NCBI GenBank assembly: GCA_021650915.1
Contig: CP091279.1
Span: 630,001 to 662,000, forward strand
DNA from: Candidatus Brocadia sp.
GTDB taxonomy: Bacteria; Planctomycetota; Brocadiia; Brocadiales; Brocadiaceae
Direction: 5' to 3'
DNA length: 32,000 bases
The notes below the pieces were generated by a model. It saw only the letters and a program-made list of their open reading frames with translations. It made no database searches and had not been told where the DNA came from. The position numbers and the translations under genes are program-made. Below are positions 26,001 through 32,000 of this stretch, one piece after another. Each line of letters starts with the position of its first letter. The first letter of the stretch is position 1.

Positions 26001-26285
26001 TCATTGATAATGACATCGGTACGGGCAGGAATGACTTGTGGCATATACTTCCGGCTTATCCTTGACCAAGGTTGTTGTAGCTGTTATACCTTTACTGCAG
26101 GTATTATCTGTCATTGCGATCGCTATCATACCCTTTGCAGCAAAGAAGCCTATGATAAAGCTTGCGATGGCTGAGATAATATCTAACACAGTAAATCCAT
26201 TGCCTCGTTCTATAATTGGTTTCTGCAGAAAGGGGGGCTTCATGATAGATAATCCAGTAAAGGCTTTTTGCAAATATTTTATCAT
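26001..26285 (-). CDS. Short aberrant pseudopilin-like ORF, possibly decayed
   Basis: 94 aa. The class III-like signal GNG-FTVLDIISAIASFIIGFF has Asp instead of Glu at +5. The mature part is only ~60 aa, and its odd Cys/His-rich tail is followed by 110 bp of non-coding DNA containing short open stretches in other frames. ATGA overlap with the upstream GspH-like gene. Confidence 0.45.
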   Translation of the reverse strand: MIKYLQKAFTGLSIMKPPFLQKPIIERGNGFTVLDIISAIASFIIGFFAAKGMIAIAMTDNTCSKGITATTTLVKDKPEVYATSHSCPYRCHYQ

Positions 26286-26731
26286 CTCTTAACGCGACCG
26301 GTAATGGCAACGCTAACCGTTCTTATTCCGCTGATATTTGTAAGGGTAATCGTTGTTAAATTTGTTGCATTTCCCCTGGGGAAAAAAATGAGATTGTTTA
26401 TATTGCTTGAACTATAAGTTACGTCATCGTATTTGTCATGAAGATTTTTTTTTATAAGAGATTCATCGTTATCACGAATGCCATTGTTATTATCATCGTC
26501 CAATATGCTATATTGATGATTATTATTGTAAATAATTTTGAATTCATTATTCTGGCTGATTGCCTGCATCCGCGCCCACATCAGGTCCCCCATGATCTGC
26601 CTTGTTGCCCCGCTGAGCCTAAGAACGGGTTTCATAGTGATATAAACAGAAATAGTAGTTCCCGCTAAAACCGAAATTATAGCCAGGACTATTATCATTT
26701 CAAGAAGTGAAAAACCTTTTTGACTATTCAT
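26282..26731 (-). CDS. GspH/FimT-like minor pseudopilin
   Basis: 149 aa with QKG-FSLLEMIIVLAIISVLA, followed by L..A.RQI..DL..AR..AI, typical of the GspH/FimT family. Confidence 0.78.
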   Translation of the reverse strand: MNSQKGFSLLEMIIVLAIISVLAGTTISVYITMKPVLRLSGATRQIMGDLMWARMQAISQNNEFKIIYNNNHQYSILDDDNNNGIRDNDESLIKKNLHDKYDDVTYSSSNINNLIFFPRGNATNLTTITLTNISGIRTVSVAITGRVKR

Positions 26732-26773
26732 CTAGACGTCTCTCTTCTTTGATGACTCCAGAGAAAATATGCT

Positions 26774-28030
26774 TTATTGCGCACCCATGCCTTGCATCAG
26801 TTTTATTAAAGGCACAAACATCGCAATTACAATAAAGCCAACTGATCCGCCGAGAAATACAATCATCATCGGCTCTATCAAGCTGACCATGGCCTCTACG
26901 GCCCTATCTACTTCATCATCGTAATTATCAGCCACTTTTGAGAGCATCTTGTCCAGTTCTCCCGTTTCTTCGCCTACTTCAACCATATTGACGACCATTT
27001 CGCTGCAGATTTTAGAGGCTCGAAGTGGCTTGGTAATACTCTCGCCACCCCGGATACTGTCGTGAATGTTTTGAATCGCCTGTGCCATAGCCGCATTTCC
27101 CGTCGCTTCTTTAACATTATTCAGGGCATCCAAAATGGGCACTCCACTGGCAGTCAGGGTTGCCAGTGTGCGAGTAAACCTTGATACGGTAGATTTATTC
27201 AGAGTTTTTCCAAAGACAGGTAATTTGAATTTGACTCTGTCTATAAGCAAGCGGATTTTTTTTATCTTTCCTGCAATTTTATAAATAATGAGAGTTCCAA
27301 ATGGTACGGCGGGGATAAATATCCATTGATTCTTCAGTATCGCACTAAAGGCAATAAGCATTTTGGTAGGGGCAGGGAGTTCGAGGTCCATCTCTTCAAA
27401 GATCTTTGCAAAATTTGGGATAATAAAGACCATCAGGCCGATTAAAATACCAGCCGCAACAACAGTAACGACCGTGGGATATACCATAGCGCCAATTATT
27501 TTCCTAACAAGGCGCTCTATCTTTTCCCTAAAATCCGCTAACCGCTGAAGGATAATGTCGAGGGAACCGCTTGTTTCACCCGCCTTTACAATATTTACAT
27601 ATAATTTATCAAAGACCTTCGGATATTTTGCGAGCGCCCCGGAAAGGGTACTACCACCCTCTATGTCTTCAATGACCTTCCGTGTCGTATTTTTTAAGAG
27701 GCCCTTTTTCATTTGAGAAGCAAGTATTTTTAAGCCACGGATAATGGGGAGTCCGGCATCCTGGAGGGTTGATAGCTGGCGAGTAAAGACGGTTAAATCT
27801 TTCGAGTTAACCCGACCGAAAGAGAGGGATATTTCTCCGCGCTTTTTGCGGGATGTGTTTGATATTTCATCAGGTTTTTGACGGGTACTAATTTCTTTAA
27901 TATGGGTAGGAAAGTAGCCCAACCCGCGTATCTTTGTAAGTGCCTCATCAGGCGTGGCGGCATCAATTCTGTTCTTTATTGCTTGTCCTTTATTGTCAAC
28001 GGCACGGTATTGAAAGGCGGACATTGTCAA
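26774..28030 (-). CDS. pilC: Type IV pilus / T2SS platform protein (PilC/GspF family)
   Basis: 418 aa. The duplicated T2SSF domain architecture is present, with FTRQLSTLQDAGLPI and FTRTLATLTASGVPIL repeats and three TM segments. Confidence 0.9.
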   Translation of the reverse strand: MTMSAFQYRAVDNKGQAIKNRIDAATPDEALTKIRGLGYFPTHIKEISTRQKPDEISNTSRKKRGEISLSFGRVNSKDLTVFTRQLSTLQDAGLPIIRGLKILASQMKKGLLKNTTRKVIEDIEGGSTLSGALAKYPKVFDKLYVNIVKAGETSGSLDIILQRLADFREKIERLVRKIIGAMVYPTVVTVVAAGILIGLMVFIIPNFAKIFEEMDLELPAPTKMLIAFSAILKNQWIFIPAVPFGTLIIYKIAGKIKKIRLLIDRVKFKLPVFGKTLNKSTVSRFTRTLATLTASGVPILDALNNVKEATGNAAMAQAIQNIHDSIRGGESITKPLRASKICSEMVVNMVEVGEETGELDKMLSKVADNYDDEVDRAVEAMVSLIEPMMIVFLGGSVGFIVIAMFVPLIKLMQGMGAQ

Positions 28031-28060
28031 CTCCTTTTTTATAGAGTTTTTATCACAACG

Positions 28061-29809
28061 TTAAGACAATATAGTTTCTCTTGTAACTTCGTGAATGGTT
28101 GTCAATCCCTGGTATGCTGCTGCCAATCCGCTATTTCTCAGGGTATTCATTCCATTATTTTTCGCAGCCGTTCTGATAACATTAGTATTTGACTGTTCGA
28201 TAATTAAACGTCGTATTTCATTATTCATTACCATAATTTCGTATATTCCCATACGCCCTTTGTAGCCCGTTTTATTACAATTATTACATCCTCTACCTTT
28301 AAATAATGTTTTTCCGGTAACATCCGCTTTTGTAAGGTTTATCTCTATAAAAGATTGTTCGGACGGTTCGTATTCCTCTTTGCATGATTCACATATCTTG
28401 CGCACTAACCTCTGGCTAATTACGGCCTCTACCGTAGCAGCAATCAGATATGGTTTGATATCCATGTCAATGAGGCGTGTTACCGTCGTAGGGGAGTCGT
28501 TGGTATGCAATGTACTGAAAACAAGATGTCCGGTGAGTGATGCCTGGATAGCGATGCGGGCCGATTCTTCATCCCGTATTTCACCGACAAGGATAATGTC
28601 AGGGTCTTGTCTTAAAATAGATCTCAAACACGTTGCAAAGTCTACTCCGATAGACGAATTTATCTGCACCTGAATGAGACCGTCGATGTTGTATTCCACG
28701 GGGTCTTCTGTCGTAATAATTTTTGTGCCAACATCATTTAAATAATTTAATGCTGCATACAGGGTCGTTGTTTTTCCTGAACCGGTTGGACCAGTAACCA
28801 GGATGATTCCATTGGGTTTATTTAACAACTGGTACATTACCTTCAACTCCTCGGTACTGAAACCCAAGGTATCCAGGTTAAGCGATACGGCGGTTTTATT
28901 CAGGAGACGCATAACAATGCTTTCTCCATATTTGGTTGGGAATGTTGAAACTCGTAAATCAATAGGCATACCTCCGACATTTAATTGAATACGCCCATCC
29001 TGTGGTAATTTACGCTCTGAAATGTCCATGCCCGAAATAACTTTTATCCTCGAAATAATTGGTATCCCCAGGGATTTTGGAGGTGGTATTTTTTCAAGAA
29101 GTATGCCGTCTATCCGATATCTTAGCCGAAAACCGTCTTCAAAGGACTCAAAATGAATATCACTGGCCCTGTTTAATACAGCATCCAGAAACATGAGGCC
29201 AACCCATTTTTTTACAGGGGCAGCATCAGCCATCTTCTTGAGCTCGTCGATGTCAATGTACTCGCCTTTAATAGTCTCCTGACAAGACGCATCCGGTTTA
29301 AATTCCGATAGTAGTTGTTCTACAGACTCGTGCTTCTTTGGGTAGTGCTTTTCCAGTGCCCGAGTGATCGCGTTTTTATTGCAAAGCACTGACTTTATTG
29401 AATGTTTAAGAATCAAACGCAGGTCATCAATTGTTTCGAAGTTTAATACATCTTCCTGTGCAATGGTAAGGATATTGTCCTGTATCCCAATGGGAATGAT
29501 ATGATAGAGGTGGGCAATTGCATGAGGCACCAAATGAATAATCTCGTTAGGGATTTCCATGTGTTCAATATTAACTACCTCTAACCCTGTGTGTTCGCTT
29601 AACGCTTGCATAATCTGCTTGCTACTTATATAGTGAAGACTTACTAGAATATCTCCGAGTAAACCACCCTTCTGTTTTTGAATAGCCAGCGCTTCCTGGA
29701 TTTGTTCATCCGTAACAAGCCCTTTTTCTTTTAATACTTGGCCAAAAAGTCTTTTCTTTGCTTCGGTTTTTACATCTATTTTTGTTTTTTCTTTTTTGTG
29801 CATAACCAA
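28061..29809 (-). CDS. PilB/GspE-family secretion ATPase (paralog 2) with MshEN-like N-terminal domain
   Basis: 582 aa with Walker A GPTGSGKTTTLYA, the Asp box, Walker B ILVGEIRD, the His box GHLVFSTLHTND, and the tetracysteine CESC...CNNC. The N-terminus reads RLFGQVLKEKGLVTDEQIQEALAIQ...LLGDILVSLHYISSKQIMQAL. The probable start is ATG 29803. Confidence 0.92.
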   Translation of the reverse strand: MVMHKKEKTKIDVKTEAKKRLFGQVLKEKGLVTDEQIQEALAIQKQKGGLLGDILVSLHYISSKQIMQALSEHTGLEVVNIEHMEIPNEIIHLVPHAIAHLYHIIPIGIQDNILTIAQEDVLNFETIDDLRLILKHSIKSVLCNKNAITRALEKHYPKKHESVEQLLSEFKPDASCQETIKGEYIDIDELKKMADAAPVKKWVGLMFLDAVLNRASDIHFESFEDGFRLRYRIDGILLEKIPPPKSLGIPIISRIKVISGMDISERKLPQDGRIQLNVGGMPIDLRVSTFPTKYGESIVMRLLNKTAVSLNLDTLGFSTEELKVMYQLLNKPNGIILVTGPTGSGKTTTLYAALNYLNDVGTKIITTEDPVEYNIDGLIQVQINSSIGVDFATCLRSILRQDPDIILVGEIRDEESARIAIQASLTGHLVFSTLHTNDSPTTVTRLIDMDIKPYLIAATVEAVISQRLVRKICESCKEEYEPSEQSFIEINLTKADVTGKTLFKGRGCNNCNKTGYKGRMGIYEIMVMNNEIRRLIIEQSNTNVIRTAAKNNGMNTLRNSGLAAAYQGLTTIHEVTRETILS

Positions 29810-29833
29810 CGCATTTCTATTCTCAAAAGTTAC

Positions 29834-31552
29834 CTAGTTATCCATGCCGGTAATCCTGAATACCTCGTCTAATGTTGTTTTACCATCTTTTGCCTTTCTC
29901 AGCCCATCCTCTTTCAGCGTCGACATGCCCAGCGTTCTGGCGATTTTTCTAATTTCGTTTGTTGCCTTGACACGATAGGTCATATCGCGCAAGGTTTCGT
30001 CCATATCCAATAGTTCATAAATACCAATTCTGCCATGGTATCCAATGTCGTTGCAGTGTTTACAGCCTCTTCCCTTATAAAACGAGACATCTTTCACCTC
30101 TTCTGCATCAAACCCCATTTTTGATAATTGATCATCGGTGTAGATAACCTGCTCTTTACACTGTGTGCAAATCTTTCTAACCAGACGTTGGGCCATAATG
30201 CCTTGTAAAGAAGTGGCAACAAGAAAGGGTTTTATACCCATGTCAATCAGTCTTGTAATAGCAGATGGGGCATCATTGGTATGAAGCGTGCTCAGAACCA
30301 GATGTCCTGTTAGAGCAGCTGCAATGGCAGTATCTGCCGTTTCTGTATCACGAATTTCTCCCACAAGGATGATATTCGGGTCTTGCCTGAGCATCGTTCT
30401 TAAGATTGTCGGAAAATTAAAACCTATCTTCTCATTTACCTCACCCTGATTAACGCCAGGGAGGGTATACTCTACCGGGTCTTCTGCGGTAATAATCTTT
30501 GTGTCAATTTTATTCAGTTCGTTAATGACAGCATACAGAGTTGTTGTTTTACCGCTGCCTGTAGGACCAGTAATCAGGAATATACCATTTGGTTTTTTAA
30601 TAATGGAGTGAAAACGCTTGTCGTCATTTTCACAAAATCCCAGTTTTTTTAAGTCCAGCAAAATGACTGATTTTTCCAAGAGTCGCATAACAATGCTTTC
30701 TCCATAAATGGATGGTAAGCACGATACTCGGATATCCATCTCTTTTCCTGCATGCTCCAGGCTGATACGGCCATCCTGTGGTCGTCTTTTTTCTGCAATA
30801 TCAATGCTGGCGAGAATTTTAATTCTTGAAATGATTGGGTCCTGAAGATGTTTTGGGAGAACGTCTGACTCCTGGCATACCCCATCGATGCGGTATCGTA
30901 TGCGTAATCTGTTTGAAAGTGGTTCCACATGAATATCGCTGGCACGGGATGAGGCTGCTTTATTGATAATCAGGGAAACGAGTTGAATAACGGGTCCGTC
31001 ATCTTCCGTAGCGTTTGCTTCCCTCTGGTATTTATCCCTCCGATCATCCTCTGCCTTAGGTATAGGTGACTCACGGAAGGCGAGTTCTTTCAGCAGGGTA
31101 TCAATCGTCTCTGAAGGTTGCTGGTCAAAATATTTGCGAATAGCATTTTTCAGATGCTCTGGTGTGGTAAGAACACATTTGATATCGGCATTGAGTCGAA
31201 AGCGCAGGTTGTCAATAAATCCAAGGTCTGGCGGACTGGTCACTGCAATGGTTATAGTGCCACTATTATTTGATATTGGTATGATACCGTATTTTCTTAT
31301 GAGTGATGCGGGCAATAGTGTTAGTATTTCAGGGGAAATGCTAACACTCTCTAAATCAATTACCGGTAAATTATAATGTATGGACAGACACCGAATAATT
31401 TCATGATATGTTGAATAGCCGAGGCTAACAAGGGCATCTTCCAACGGGATGTTTTCTGTTTTTTGAGTTTCTTTGGCTTTATCCATCTGTTCTTTGCTTA
31501 TGATACCGGCATTCAATAAAGCCTCTTCTCGTTGGTTCTGGGGAGTATTCAT
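29834..31552 (-). CDS. PilB/GspE-family secretion ATPase (paralog 1)
   Basis: 572 aa with Walker A GPTGSGKTTTLYA, ILVGEIRD, GHLVLSTLHTND, the tetracysteine CTQC...CKHC, and a T2SSE_N-type N-terminal domain. Confidence 0.92.
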   Translation of the reverse strand: MNTPQNQREEALLNAGIISKEQMDKAKETQKTENIPLEDALVSLGYSTYHEIIRCLSIHYNLPVIDLESVSISPEILTLLPASLIRKYGIIPISNNSGTITIAVTSPPDLGFIDNLRFRLNADIKCVLTTPEHLKNAIRKYFDQQPSETIDTLLKELAFRESPIPKAEDDRRDKYQREANATEDDGPVIQLVSLIINKAASSRASDIHVEPLSNRLRIRYRIDGVCQESDVLPKHLQDPIISRIKILASIDIAEKRRPQDGRISLEHAGKEMDIRVSCLPSIYGESIVMRLLEKSVILLDLKKLGFCENDDKRFHSIIKKPNGIFLITGPTGSGKTTTLYAVINELNKIDTKIITAEDPVEYTLPGVNQGEVNEKIGFNFPTILRTMLRQDPNIILVGEIRDTETADTAIAAALTGHLVLSTLHTNDAPSAITRLIDMGIKPFLVATSLQGIMAQRLVRKICTQCKEQVIYTDDQLSKMGFDAEEVKDVSFYKGRGCKHCNDIGYHGRIGIYELLDMDETLRDMTYRVKATNEIRKIARTLGMSTLKEDGLRKAKDGKTTLDEVFRITGMDN

Positions 31553-31745
31553 GTTAATTTGCTTGAAATATCCGAAAGGTACCTATAGAATTCATAGCGC
31601 TTTAAATATGAATTGATTTGTGTAGAAATATATGAGCTTAAACAGTTTGTAACGTTTCTTTTATAATATCGGTGAAACATCAAAATCCTTTAGATCGTTG
31701 TTGGGTTGTAATATGTTGTCTAATACTTATTTATGACTTATATTT

Positions 31746-32000
31746 ATGAAACTGTTAAAGTACACAATAGATCAGATTGAAGAGGTATCGATGGATGCTA
31801 CTGGTGATATTGAGGCAAAATTTAAGGCCTTTGCAATACCACGGGGTAGCCTGGGGCGGTTGGAAGAGTTAGCAATGGTGTATGCATCAATAAAAGGTAC
31901 TGTTGACTGCACGATCAGACATAAAAAGATATTTACGATGGCAGGCGACCATGGTGTCGTCGAAGAGGGTGTCAGTGCCTTCCCGCAGCAAGTTACCAGG
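31746..32000 (+). CDS. cobT: Nicotinate-nucleotide--dimethylbenzimidazole phosphoribosyltransferase, N-terminal part (runs off the window)
   Basis: Manual translation from ATG 31746 gives MKLLKYTIDQIEEV...IPRGSLGRLEELAMVYASIKG...IFTMAGDHGVVEEGVSAFPQQVT. This matches the conserved CobT PGSLGRLE and DHGV..EGVS motifs. The frame is open to the window end. Confidence 0.8.
   Translation, partial: MKLLKYTIDQIEEVSMDATGDIEAKFKAFAIPRGSLGRLEELAMVYASIKGTVDCTIRHKKIFTMAGDHGVVEEGVSAFPQQVTR

Noticed and set aside
31553-31745. Possible cobalamin riboswitch upstream of cobT
   Set aside because: I could not find a B12-box-like element or the expected GC-rich paired regions in this AT-rich 190-bp spacer. A covariance-model scan would be needed to exclude it formally.

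Overview
About 41% GC bacterial chromosome. I cannot assign a taxon without database searches. The window has three parts.

(1) 1-17.8 kb is a housekeeping block:
- the end of an IS copy
- speE-speH (polyamine synthesis)
- murC, ruvC, pyrD-pyrK, pyrF, and a trpG/pabA-type amidotransferase
- a nusA-infB-DUF503-rbfA operon with hisG translationally coupled to rbfA
- a TPR protein, a yebC-family gene, ftsH and tRNA-Pro(GGG)

(2) 17.8-22.5 kb is a decayed mobile-element patch directly 3' of the tRNA:
- a truncated tyrosine integrase split by an IS630-family element with TA duplication
- a start-less DUF6516/TumE-like fragment
- an IS66-family (tnpC-only) element whose transposase is frameshifted in a G6 run
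- a 5'-truncated second copy of the IS5/IS1182-like element seen at the window start
- an older, diverged, inverted IS66 end

(3) 22.5-31.6 kb is a single minus-strand type IV pilus / T2SS-like operon:
- two tandem PilB/GspE ATPases and PilC/GspF
- GspH/FimT-, PilV- and PilW-like pseudopilins plus a short aberrant one
- a 571-aa PilX_N-anchored protein with beta-helix-type repeats
- a tightly coupled Nudix hydrolase

A partial cobT follows at the window edge.

I found no CRISPR array, rRNA or recognisable defence system. I do not see an unambiguous novel system. The best candidates for follow-up are the modular PilX-like protein with its atypical operon, and a promoter-plus-terminator leader unit upstream of nusA. 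All protein calls rest on motif recognition by eye, with no searches run.
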